This document shows, piece after piece, positions 1-12,100 of a DNA stretch of 64,000 nucleotides. A program made the translations under genes and the position numbers. The first letter of the stretch is position 1; every line of letters begins with the position of its first letter. The notes beneath the pieces were generated by a model that worked only from the letters and a program-made list of their open reading frames with translations, had not been told where the DNA came from and made no database searches. The stretch comes from Anthoceros angustus. Lineage: Eukaryota; Plantae; Anthocerotophyta. The stretch spans positions 434,001 through 498,000 of the forward strand of contig MU008161.1 in NCBI GenBank assembly GCA_010909165.1, given 5' to 3'.

Positions 1-1161
1 TAGAGAATTCGGGCGGTGGTATGGCTAGGTCCCGGGTTGCAACCTCCAGCGGTTGACATTGCGTAGGGTGGTTCATACCCTTGTTCTCGGCGGAAGGGTC
101 GGGATGTACCTTGAGCATCGTTTTTGGCACAACGCCCGCGTCGACTTTGCCCTTCGTTTGAGTTATGCATTGTAATATGACACGCTTCGGCAGTTGGACT
201 CCCACACTCAAGATGGGCAAGCCTGCTCGACTTAGGGGAAGGTTTCTGTGGTTGGCGCTTGGTGGGAGGAAGATTTGGAACAAGCACCTCCACATTCACT
301 GGAGTTAATGCTTAGCATGTTTTGGTTGGTTCTCCATTGGAGTCCCTGTCTCCTGCGCAAGCAGATCAAGGAGACATCAACCCAAACTATCGATATCTTG
401 ACCAAAAGCTTACCATGTGACCAGCCCATAGCCTGCACTTCACTCCTTGGAGTTTGCGCACTCCCTAGCCAAGATAGTTTATCTGCCCTATATGTCTAGT
501 ATGAGGGGGAGTATTGGAATGCTCGTCTCTGTATTGGTATTGGAATGGTACATCCTAGATAGATGGGCAGATCCTAGATGTGAACAGTCACACCCTTTCG
601 CGATAACTACATAAGGCACAACGTACCCAAGAAACTGACTCTTTCCTAATAATTCTTCTCCTCTATCCCATCTCGTACATGCATCCTGGCCTGCCTGATT
701 TCTTATACCTTGCCACTGCGTGCCACCACCCTTAATAGCATTCTTTAATGTTGTAGAGCATTGCGCATTGCCCGACGATGGGGAAGAGCACATGACAATA
801 TAATCGTTTTTTAATTGAGCAACACAACCTGATCATGATAAAGTTACATAGATATATCATTGTCCAAATTCCAAACATACCCCATGTCTGAAGCAGTACG
901 CCATCCACTCCTGGCCTGCAACAGTAGTCAAATGGAACGGGTTATCGGTCGGAATGAAATGGTAGAAACCAGGACTCGGAAACGGAATAGTAAAAGAACA
1001 ACTTGCGGATCTAAAATATGATAACTGGCTATTGTAACTGATTCTTAGATTCGTCCCGAATTGGGGCACGCTAAACTCCCGTGGACGAGTTATTCTGCGT
1101 AAGACTACTACTATGAATTGAATTGAATGATCCGAGTGGCCCGATCGTGATCGGCGTCGAG

Positions 1162-1638
1162 GAGGGTGTCATTTGACTCGTCCCCAAGCTCGGTCCCATT
1201 CCAGATGTGTTAAAAAACATAGGACCGGAGGTTCTTCAAGAGTCCGGTCCCCACCGTCGGTCCCCTATTTTTGTCGGGGACCGAGGGTTCGTAAAAGGTC
1301 CGGTTTAAAATTAGTAAATTACTTAATTTTATATCCAAAGGTTTATATTTATTATACAGGGACCCATCTTATAATTGGTAAGGTCATAAAGATACTTACC
1401 AATTGGATCTGTGGGCTATGTCTTTATTTATCTAATACTTGGAAAGACTAGCCCCGACAATAGAATATATTAGACATTTGTGTTTTTATATTATTATTAT
1501 TTATAAATTATTTAATATTTATTATATTTAGTGACCAAGGTCGCGAAAAGGCACGGTCCCTGCTCGGTCTGGGACCGAGCATAGCCAGGCTAGGCGGTCC
1601 CGGGGACTGAGATAGTACTCGGTCAAAATGACACCCTG
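1162..1638. mobile_element. MITE-like non-autonomous DNA transposon (hAT-like termini)
   Basis: Imperfect TIRs gAGGGTGTCATTTGAC (1162-) and GTCAAAATGACACCCTG (-1638); clusters of GGTCCC/GGGACC subterminal motifs at both ends around an AT-rich core; no matching 8-bp TSD seen. Confidence 0.6.
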
Positions 1639-3400
1639 GACTACTGGACATAGGTCATTGTTGCCGTACTCTCGTTCGAACATCGTTGCCGTACTCTCGT
1701 TCGAAGGGTGCAAGCAGCTGAAGGCATGCCTATGAGTCCCCGAAGGCCATAAATGCGCATACCCCATGCCACCCCTCCTTGGAGACTATCTTCGGGACAG
1801 GAGGATGTTAATCGTAGAGGAAGAACCCCTCGTGGGAGAAGAAGAGGAAGAAATCTAGTATTTTCCTTTGACTTGGTACTCAACAATTTGTACCAAGGTG
1901 TGCCTAAGCTCCTAGCACCAAGGGCATTCACCCCCTCCAGACATCGAAGTGCAGGATGCTTAACAGCCACGTTCTAATAAATGTGTGTCCATTTTGGCCT
2001 AAGCCATTTGGACACACATTTATAAGCCCAGCGTGAAATTGCAGGCATGCTCTTGGTAGCCTAGGTGCCACCTGTAGGCTCCAGTGCTAAGAGTCTGGAA
2101 CTTGTATGTGAATATATAGTTCTCACCATGAGAGACCACCATTTCATTAAGTTAACTTCTCAGCTTAGGAATATTGCGCATGCGACCTTGTTCCAATGAA
2201 GGCCACGAGATGCACAAACACAAGCCCAGCACAGGCGGCCACCTACGCAGACCTGGACAGCACCTGCCACCTGCATACATCTCATTCTAGAAAGACTGAT
2301 CAACGCTGTCGCTGCGCTAGCGCTGTGAAGCTTCGACAGCCTGCACAATCAGCTATATAGCTGATTGTGCAGGACATTCAGATCCTCAACAGATCTAGAT
2401 CCTCAAAGCGTACACAAGGATCTCTTCCATGTTGCAACTGTTTGTTGTTCTTGAAGCACAAGGATCTGCGGCCACTGGCTAGTTGCAGCTGAGAGAAAAT
2501 TTCTGGCGCCTTCTTGGACTGGAGAACGAGAAGCGTTGTAGCAGTTGCAAGATTGCGTAGATCTGGATTTGGTTTTCAAAGTATGTTGGGAGATGGATAG
2601 CGCATAACGGCAAGAGGCGCAATTTGATGGCCAGGTGCCATCCACGGGCACCTGAAAGAACGTTCTTCTACAGATCTGAATACCTACAGGATCCGTACGG
2701 ATGGGATATCCCTGGAAGCCCTCCTTGAGCAAGACTGGATTCGTCAGCACAAGGCGGGCTATTGCATCCTGGTAGATAGCTAGCGTGCGCCGCTCGCGAG
2801 GCATGCGCACCGTGTCTCGAGGGCTCGAGGCGTACTTCGAAGTTAAGTAGCGAGAAGGAGTTGAGGCAGAGGACATGGACGGCCGCATCGCAAACTCAGC
2901 GACTGTCCGTGGAGGAAAGAAAGGCGATGCTTGCCAATTCCAGAGGAGGAAGATGCTTCGCGGGTGGGGGCCCGGCGCGGTGAAGATGACTACGGCGGCG
3001 CTCGCAAGCTCCAGGTCGTGGAGAGATAGGATTATGAGGCACGTGGGCAGCCGATAGCGGTGAGGGTGGTGGAAGTAGGGTTAGGGCCGGGTCCCACGCG
3101 CAAAGCCTGCATTAAGGCCTTCCAGCAATAGCATTAAGAACGTCAGGCTGGCGGTGGCGAACAGAAATGCAGGTGACACTTTTACGCACTCGGTGGCCGA
3201 GCGGTTGCAAATTGTATTTGCTTAGCTTCGCTTTCCTTCGCTTCGCTTGCGGGGAGCTGTTTGGCTTGGGCTTGGCTTTGGCTTGCAAGAAGAAGGAAAA
3301 GCTTGTTGTGCCTGCTTGCTGCTCTGCTCTGCTGCTGCCGTGAAAGTGAAAGTGAGCTCGGGTGAAATTGCATGGAGGTGTGGTGACCGCTGGTGTGTCT

Positions 3401-4416
3401 ATGTATGTACGGCAGGTAGACGGGGCAGACGGGGCAGACACAGAAGTGTCGTGGCCTGATAACCAGGTGAGCAATCCAGCGTTAGCGGTTTCGGAGGAGG
3501 AGAGTGAGAGGAAAAAGGTAGGCTCCCCTTGCAAACTTGCTGCAAAGCTCGTGTACCAGAGCTTCCAATGAATTCTTCGTCCCGCAAGCTTGCACGCAAG
3601 GAATGCCCTGGTCGGTGGTCAGCTGTCGTTTGCTGCTGTTCTGAAGGTTTTTGAAAACTTGAAGAAACTGCTGGTGTGTGCCACGCTGGAGGCTGAAACT
3701 GCATCCTCTGCAGTCACCAGATCCTTGGGGCAGCGGTATGAAGCCCGGGTGAGGCATTTGGAGGACCTGCTGAGGACGGCCCAGCGGGATCGCGATGAAG
3801 CCAGAGAGGAGTGCTTGCTGCTGCGGAAGAAGCTGGCTATCGCCACCAGCGCCTCCTCTAGCGCCGTAGGAGGCGCTGTGGCAGGCCCCGGCCACAAGGT
3901 TTGCGTGGAAGAGCAGCAGCAGCCACAGCCACAACGTCAACAGCGCTCGCCGCCGCAACCCCAGCCGCAGCCACAGCCACAGCAGCAGCAGCAAGCGCAG
4001 GCGCAGGCGCAGGCGCAGGCGCAGGCGCAGCCTCAGCCTCAGCCTCAGCCTCAGCCTCAGCCTCAGCCTCAGCAGCAGACACCGCTGATTAGTATCCATC
4101 CCAGAAGCAACCTCTCAGGGCGAAGGACGCGCAGCTTAGAACGAATTTCCTCCTCGCTGCAGCTGGAGCTCCATTCCAAGAAGCTGTCGGATTTGCGGCA
4201 ACAGAGCCGGCAGCAGCAGCAGCAGAGCAAGGACTTGGACCGGCACAGTGGCGACATGGAAATTATTCCCTCTCCAGATGCTCAGTCCTCGTTAACCTCT
4301 TCTCTGCATGTAGAGGTGAGTCACTCCTTAGATGACCAGCATTCCTTGATAGCGCAGCAGGGAATCCCGGCTGCCGGCTGCTGGGATTTGCCGAGGATGA
4401 AAATGCAACAGCAGCC

Positions 4417-4448
<32 letters not shown>

Positions 4449-4915
4449 TGCAGCAACTGGAGCCTTCCGATCCGCACCTCCGAGTGCACTCCAGCTACGA
4501 TTCCAGTCCCAACTTCCCGGTTCCAGCATTCAGCTCCTCGGCCGTTCCTCCTCACAGCGGTGGGGACATGTTGGGCGTGTCGGGTTTGCCTGGCGCAGCT
4601 TTCGTGGAGTCGGCATCCAGCTCTTCGCTCTTGCGGCAGCGACCTGTCCACCTTCCGGAGCCTCCCGAGTCGGACATACAGGTGATGCTCAACTCGCTGC
4701 CGGAGAGGGGGAAGCTGCTTCAGGCTGTGATGCAGGCGGGCCCTCTGCTGCAAACACTTATGCTTGCAGGCCCATTGCCGCAGTGGCGGCATCCCCCGCC
4801 CGCTGTTGCGTCTGTGGAGATTCCTAAGGTACCGGTGGCCATGCCCTCGGGCATAGAGCAGTCCAAGGGGACTGCTTCCTTAAGCAAGTCCACCAGCTAT
4901 GGCAAATCTGGATAG
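3401..4915 (+). CDS. DUF1635-family plant protein with a Q/P/A-rich linker; 2 exons (3401-3466, 3647-4915)
   Basis: C-terminal DUF1635 signature LPERGKLLQAVMQAGPLLQTLMLAGPLPQWRHPPP; N-terminal coiled coil LKKLLVCATLEAE...ERDEA-like; phase-0 intron CAG|GTGAGC...CTGAAG|GTT supplies the ATG missing from the ORF track. Confidence 0.88.
3913..4455 (+). repeat. Coding microsatellites (CAG)n, (GCGCAG)n, (CCTCAG)n
   Basis: Visible directly; they encode polyQ, (AQ)n and (PQ)n tracts. Confidence 0.9.
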
Positions 4916-5312
4916 CGTGGTAAGCGAGCTCATGAAATGTTTTCAGCCTGGCAGTCGCGGGATTCAACTCTTGAAACTGGTGCAGTTACAACAGAACAGA
5001 GCAGAACTTTGCAGGTGTTTTGGGGACCGTGCCTTTGTCAATGACGGTGTACATCGTGTTTTCACAAGTGTACAGACCATCTGGACCTCTCTGTTGCTGC
5101 TTCAAATATCCCAGCATTATTCTTTTGTGAATAAAGGTTGAAATTATCAAGAGATGGAACTGCTTTCCATCATCTCTACTCAAGCCCAAGTATCCCGTCT
5201 TCTGCCTGCAGGCCTGTCGCATGGATCGCATGTGGGACTCTTTGTGAACATCCATCCAGGGTTCGGCCACTTTCCGGAAGATTTCTCTTCTGCAATACTG
5301 TATGCGCCATCT

Positions 5313-5830
5313 GACAAGAACAGTGCATTAATAGCTCGGTTTTGGTCTAATCTAGATGTTTATGTCCTTAGAAGAGAATAAACTCAAGTGGAAGTTGAGA
5401 ACTTCAGACACACTGTCACACACAAATAACGTAGGACAAGATCGATGCATTAATAGCTCGGTTTTGGTCTGATCTGGCTGTATACATACATATGTATACT
5501 CCTTGGAAATGGAAGGTGTGAGAACTTCAGACTTCAGACAGTCACACAGTGACTGACGTACTGTGTGACGGACGTCCTTTCATAGGATGAGGGCAAACGA
5601 GTTTGCTCCGATGGGTAGAGTTGCTCACTGGACAAGCATAAGGCCGCGGCCCGGGAATACTGACAAGAGCGGTGCATTAATAGGTGGCTCGGTCTAATCT
5701 ATATCTTCTGGTACAGGAAACAAGTGGAAGAGAAGTCTAGACACAGTCACAGGCAGATAGATAACAGAGTAATCAGGGTGTCACACTTGGGCCCGGGAGA
5801 GGATGAATAGAGTTGCTCACTGGACAAGGC
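5313..5830. repeat. Diverged tandem repeat, about 3 units
   Basis: GACAAG..GTGCATTAATAG..CTCGG..TCT(A/G)ATCT...CAGTCACA recurs at ~5313, ~5435 and ~5662; AGAGTTGCTCACTGGACAAG recurs at ~5617 and ~5809. Confidence 0.7.
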
Positions 5831-6145
5831 CAGAATAGAAGCCGCTCTCAGGGTCCGACAAGCGTGGCACCTGTGACCCTTCGCTCGGCAGTAAAGCCGG
5901 GTGCGGACGTGGAGCAACAGCTGCATGGGAGAGTGCGAGTGCAGATTCTACAGATCTACAGATTCTAAAGATTCTACGAGGAGATGTGGCCCAAAGCGGC
6001 TTTGCTGCTACTCGTACTTCCGCCTGCCGGTTCTCCCAACTCATGGTCCCTGCGTCCCGCATGCTCTCAGCCTCCGCATGGCTCCTGCGTCCCGCGTGCT
6101 CTCAGCCTCCGCATGGCACGTTGCATTGCACCTGTAGAGCACGCA

Positions 6146-8459
6146 ATGGCGGGCTACACCAACATGGTGTGGCGGCCAATCATGGAGGCTTCGGTGTTCA
6201 GGTTCGACATCTCGGAGGCGGCCAGGAGCCAAGCACCTGCATCCTTTTCCTTCGCGGATCCCGCCGTGAGAGAGCAGGCTCTTGGCAACGTGGACTTGGA
6301 CGCGGACGCGGACGCGGACGCCAAGAGCTCCGTCCCTTCCTACGTGCCTCGTTTCAGGCTGCAATGCCTGGGGCTGCAGACCGTGGAATTGCAGCTCCCT
6401 GCCGGGACCAACTTCTACGGCACCGGGCTAGTGACGAGGTCGCTGGAGCGGAGCGGGCACAGGGTGGTGGGATGGAACACGGACGCCTGGGGCTACACTC
6501 CCCTCACCCACGCACTGTACCAGTCCCACCCATGGGTGCTGACCGTCCTCCCGGACGGGGACGTGCTGGGGGTGCTCGCAGACACCAACCTCAAGGTCGA
6601 GATCGACCTCCGCAACAACGATCTCGTCCGCTTCCGAGCCGTGAACCCCTATCCGATCATTACCTTCGGACCCTTCCCGGACCCGGAGGCGCTCATGGTA
6701 GTGCTCTCCAGAGCAATCGGCACCCCGGGGATGCCCCCCAAATGGGCTCTGGGCTACCAGCAGTGCAGATGGAGCTACAAAACCTCGGACAGAGTCATGG
6801 AGATCGCCAGCACCTTCCGTGACAGGAAGCTCCCTTGCGACGTCGTCTGGATCGACATCGACTACATGGACGAGCTGCGGACCTTCACCGTCAACCGAGC
6901 TGCGTTCCCGGACCCGCCGTCCCTCTCCGCCGCCCTCCACAGCCGCGGATTCCGCACCGTCTGGACCATCGACCCGGGGGTGAAGCAGGAGCCGGGCTAC
7001 TCCGTCTGGGAGAGCGGGGAGGCAGAGGATTGCTGGGTCTTGGACCAGGAGTCCATGAAACCGTTCCAGGCCATCGTCTGGCCGGGGATGTGCGTGTGGC
7101 CGGACTTCACCCGCCGCGGCGTGCGCTCCTGGTGGGCCAAGCAGATCGAATCCTTCGCCGCCGCCAACGGGGTGGACGGGATCTGCGCGGACATGAACGA
7201 GCCCGCGCTGTTCTACGACATGGTGAGGACCATGCCCTCCACCTGCCTGCACCGGGGAGACCCTGGCCTCGGAGGCCACGACTTCTACCACAACGTCTAC
7301 GGCGGGCTCATGTCCCTGGCCACGCGCCAGGGCCTGCTGCAGGCCCAGCCGGAGAGGCGGCCCTTCGTGGTCTCCCGGGCGGGGTTCGTCGGGGACCAGG
7401 CCGTGTGCTGGACGTGGACGGGGACAACCAGTCGCGGTGGGATCACCTGGAGATGGCCATCCCATGACGCTCAACCTGGCGCTCAGCGGGCAGCGCTGGC
7501 CGGGGCCGACATCGGGGGTTCCACGGCAACGCCACGCCCCGGCTGTTCGCGAGGTGGATGGGCATCGGGGCTCTGATGCCGCTCGCCCGAGGCCACCCGA
7601 CGCCAGCACCCAGAACCACGAGCCGTGGGAGTTCGGGGAGGAGTGCGAGCGCGTGTGCAGGATGGCGCTGGAGAGGCGGTACCGCCTCATGCCATATCTG
7701 TACACGCTCGCCCACCGCGCGCACAGCACCGGGATCCCCATCTGCGCGCCGCTCTTCTTCGCGGATTCCAGGGATCTCCGGCTCCGGAAAGTGGAGGACG
7801 CGTTCCTGCTGGGGCAGGTTCTGGTGTCGGCCAGCGTGGTATTGGACAAGGCCGCGGATCCCGCCTCCGTTCTCCTGCCCAAGGGCGTCTGGACAAGGTT
7901 CGATTTTCACGACCAGCATCCCGACCTCCCTCTCCTGCACCTCAAGGGCGGCAGCATCGTGCCCACCGGGCCTGTAATTCAGCACGTCGGGGAGGCCAAG
8001 GACACGGACAAGGTCTGCCTCCTGGTCGCCCTGGACGAGCACGGCAGGGCGGAGGGCTCCCTGTACGAGGACGACGGGGAGGGGTTCGGGTATCTTCGCG
8101 GAGACTTCCTGCTCACCCACTACGCAGCGCGGCTTGTGCAGGGCGAGGTGACGGTCAGGGTGGCCGAGGTGGACGGGCTGCGGACCAGACCCGACCGGCT
8201 GCTCACGGTTCGGCTGCTGCTGGACCATGGCCACGTCGTGGAAGCTGAGGGGAAAGATGGAGCGCCCATCCGGGTGCAGGTACTTGCTGGAGATGGAGAT
8301 TTGGACACCCGGGTGACGAAGCTGTCGTTGGGGTTAGACCAGAACACCACACCCCACATCAAGGGAGGAGGCTGGGCTTCGTTAGAGCCTCTGGATGATC
8401 GGGATGATGGCCAGAAACTCACACCTCACACCTCGATCTCTATGTATATACACAGCTAG
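6146..8459 (+). CDS. Glycoside hydrolase family 31 alpha-glucosidase (HGL1-like); intronless, with a frameshift cluster at ~7420-7600
   Basis: Motifs LYQSHPWVL, PPKWALGYQQCRWSY, CDVVWIDIDYM, DMNEP (nucleophile), HNVYG, RPFVVSR, WTGDN (acid/base, across a frameshift), EPWEFG, RYRLMPYLYT, LYEDDG; N-terminus resembles plant HGL1. Confidence 0.85.
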
Positions 8460-9184
8460 AAAGTGTCAAAGGACACTGCCGCCGTTATGATTCAAACCTG
8501 TTAAAACCGCTCGCCAGCCTCAACGGGGTGGAAGAGCTGCGAATTCTTTACTCCTCTGTGATAATAAGCCTACGCATTCATGTGCCAAAAGAATTGGGTT
8601 CCTAGAACTATGTATTCCAGTCTCTGACCTTCCCTGCTGCGCCCATGCCATGGGCCTACCTCTTGAAACATCGTCCTGTCTTCTGCATCAAGGAGGCCAT
8701 GCCATACAAGTACATAGCACAACCTGGTCAGACCTCAAAGACTCGGTGGCTACTCAAGGACGCATTGAGAGGCCCGTAGATGGGGTCCTCGACAATCTGC
8801 AGAGGAAAAATCTATGACGAAACGTAAGGGGAGACCGGTAACTGTTAAAGCAGTTTCATATCCTACGGTGTCTGGGGTCGTAGAAGTCTGCACTATCCTC
8901 GGGAGTCCTGGGACCACCCTCGGCTTGGCCCTCCTAAATAATTGCCACCGACTCTTCATTCTCAAGCAAATGTATCTGAGGAGGCTGGTACCTGTGACAA
9001 ACCAATATGACTGCACCGTCGTCAGCAGAATGGAGACGGACTTCAAAGCTTGCTGTTCACACACAGGATCCGATGGGGAATGACAAACCAATATTATCTC
9101 ACAACCAGCCCCCTCATCTCTTGTTCATCCGGTTTTATGTTGTCCAAAACTTAGCCCCACAAGTGGAAGAGGGAGAAACAATCA

Positions 9185-12100
9185 TCAAACAACTGGGCTC
9201 AACCTTCCTCTGCCGTTGACAGCTTCTATTGAGCCCCTTTCTTCAATTATCTGCACACACATTGATGCGGTAATAAGACAGTAAAAGTAGTGATGAGCAT
9301 CCGTTAGCAATGGCCTCAGAGAAAATATAGCTAACCTCCGTTAACAGGTCCTTTCGGGTTATCACACCCACAACTCGCGATGGTCGGGGCACCACGCACA
9401 CATGTCTTAACCCCAGCTGCCGGAAAAGATTGTAGACCTGTCATTTGTCGATGAAAAAGCAATGCTTAGTACCTCCACTCAACGCAGCTCGAGCTTCATT
9501 GCTGCTCACAAAACTCCACTCCCAATAGGATCAAGCACTTTCTTCCCTGTCGACTACCGAAAAAGAAGAAGCATTCTCTCTCCTCAAAAAAGAAGCATTG
9601 TTGCTCAAAGAGTTAAGAGCCAGACAGCAAATATATGTTAAATCCTTCGACTATTTGCATGCAAATAACGGTCAATCCTACCTTAGCGACCGACATATCC
9701 TCAGGCACCAGATAGGGTGAAGGGTTGACAAAAGGTTCCAAATCCAAATACATATCCATCTCCTCTGGAGTTAAATGGATGTCCTGGATTGTTGTTCCTT
9801 TACTTGACACAGGCTTAGCAAAATCTGTCACATCATATCTGCAAGACAACCACCATAGGACATAACCCAACTGAAATCTTCGCATCACAGGATTTGGCTG
9901 AGCAGGAACACTGCGTAACCAGACATACTTGAAAGTTATACGCCCCCTCATATCGCCAGGCACATCAGATCGTTGAAAATCAGCTTTGGATTGTAACAGC
10001 ACCAAGAGGTAACTGCCCAGTCAAATTGACAAGTTTAGTTTCCATGCCACTTTCTACTACATTTGGAATAATAGAACCTTAGTGCTGTTCACATCCACAT
10101 ACTGACCTCCTCAAAACAAGTCCAATGACCACCGGCTCCCCACTTTGTAGATGATCAATTACCTGCATACAAACACACCCACATGACTCTGACTGCATTG
10201 CCAGCACAAATGCATGAGTCAACAAAAGAGACATGCTTTGTAGCCTACCGGAAATCCATTATGGCTATTGTCTTGCAATGTTGAGACGATGTCCGCAACC
10301 TTTGTCACTCTTGAAAACTGCACAACCTGCAGATTGGCAATATATTGGTGAAGCTCCCGTATTGGCAACTTTGAAGTTGATCAAGCACCTGGACTAACGA
10401 GACTACCTATCCCAAAAATGATTCTATTTTCATTGTGTCACAACATCCAAACAGGGAAGAGAGAGAGAGAACAATCGACCTTCTTGGAAGTCAGAACATC
10501 CGCTGCAGTTAGGTTGCGCATGAACCGCTTGGGCCTAGATTCAAGCAAAGGAATCCGCCTTAGGGTAGCTTGCTCTTCGTAGAAACCCGCATTGAAAGCA
10601 TCTCCTACTGCCTGGAGAAACAGAACAAGAAAAGCAGGTTGCATAAAAGGTGAATCTCAAGGGACAGGAGAGGGCACAATGCATGACCAAAAGAAAACCT
10701 GACCTTAGAAATAAGTAGGACAAGCATAATAAGCGGCAACAGCTTGAGATTGTTTGTGATTTCCACCATGATCACGCACAAAGACACAGTCATCCGCATA
10801 GACCCACCAAGAAATGAGGCTGCGCCCAGCAAAGCATAACTGCAGTACGAAGAACAGAGTTTAAAGCAACACCAAATTGGGCTCTGAAGGACGGACAAGG
10901 TCAAAATTGACCCAAGGTCACCACCCTCCCAGCTTACAACACACACTTCTTTCCTTGTTCCTTTTTTTTTCGGGGCAACCAAACTTTGGGTCCAGAACCT
11001 ACGTTCCTTCATCGATGTTACTCTTGAGGCCAGTAACGTGTACAACCAGCATGCCAACTAAACGTCCATAGGTTGCCCCAATCATAATGCCAGGGACAAA
11101 CTGTCCTGATGGCACTGCCGTTCCATAAGTGATGACAGCTAGCGAGAAGAACATCGCCTTCAGGAGAAAAGACTTGGTTGTCAGAAAATATGCCAACACC
11201 ATTATCCACAAGATTCCTGGCAAGACCAAGCAGGAGCAGCTACCAGAAAGATGACAAGACTGAGAGCACTGTATTCATGCACTGTATTTGTGCTGAAGAG
11301 ATTGCGGATTGCGTCATCCTGCAAAAGTTCAAGCAGTAAGATCCTCATTACTTCAGAGGGGAAATCACTGCCAAAGACTAACTACAAGATACCTGAGTGT
11401 TGAAGAAGATTGTCGCCAAATCATTGTACTCCGAGTTGCCACTGGCACAATGAAACTGAATAGCGGGAAAACCCAGGGTTAGCGAGCGTATAGCGCTCCT
11501 CTAAAGTGACCATGCGCCAGACCCACAGGTTGCAGGACACGCAGAGCCACACAGGCTTACATTCACATAGTTGCCGAAATTGCCTGGACGGGGACAGACG
11601 ACATCTGGATAGCGCACGGGATCCGGGCAAGGAGTGCATTTGTTGAGAAGTGGCAATCCAAACGATAGAACTGATGTGATCAATGATACAAGACAAGCCT
11701 CTATTATCTGCGAGTAAATAAAAATTAGATCACATATGGAGCCACAAAAGTCGTTCTGACATGGAAGACAGACAGCAGCCACATGCCAGAAGAGCCATTC
11801 ACAAACCATGAAAGCAGCCAGGAAATCCCGACCACTTAGGGATATGAACACACCTTCACACGCTTCCCGCGCTTATGCAAAACATTTCTCCGCCACATTG
11901 ATACAGAGGCTGTTACCTGGTTGAACAGTGCACCTGAAACAGCACAGCCCAATGAACATTGAACATCACATTCCAGAAGAGCTACTTTCTTCTCCTCGAC
12001 AAACATGATTATCAACATCAGCCAGTGTAATACATGAATCTGGAGAAGTTCAGTACCAAGCAAGCCACCCACCACTCCTACCACCGCCATGGGCAAAAGC

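Noticed and set aside
1-1100. Short ORFs at the window start
   Set aside because: No recognisable motif in the frames I read; probably degraded TE or intergenic DNA
2403-2888. 161-aa minus-strand ORF divergent from DUF1635
   Set aside because: No family motif or convincing exon structure; cannot support it as a gene
3482-4792. Antisense ORFs with poly-RL/AE tracts
   Set aside because: Shadow frames of the CAG-type coding repeats in the DUF1635 gene
5984-6145. Signal-peptide-like N-terminal extension of GH31 in the ORF track
   Set aside because: It crosses a 35-bp tandem duplication, and HGL1 similarity only begins near the ATGs at 6146/6164
6428-8234. Long antisense and alternate-frame ORFs over GH31
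   Set aside because: Expected from high GC3 codon bias; no motifs
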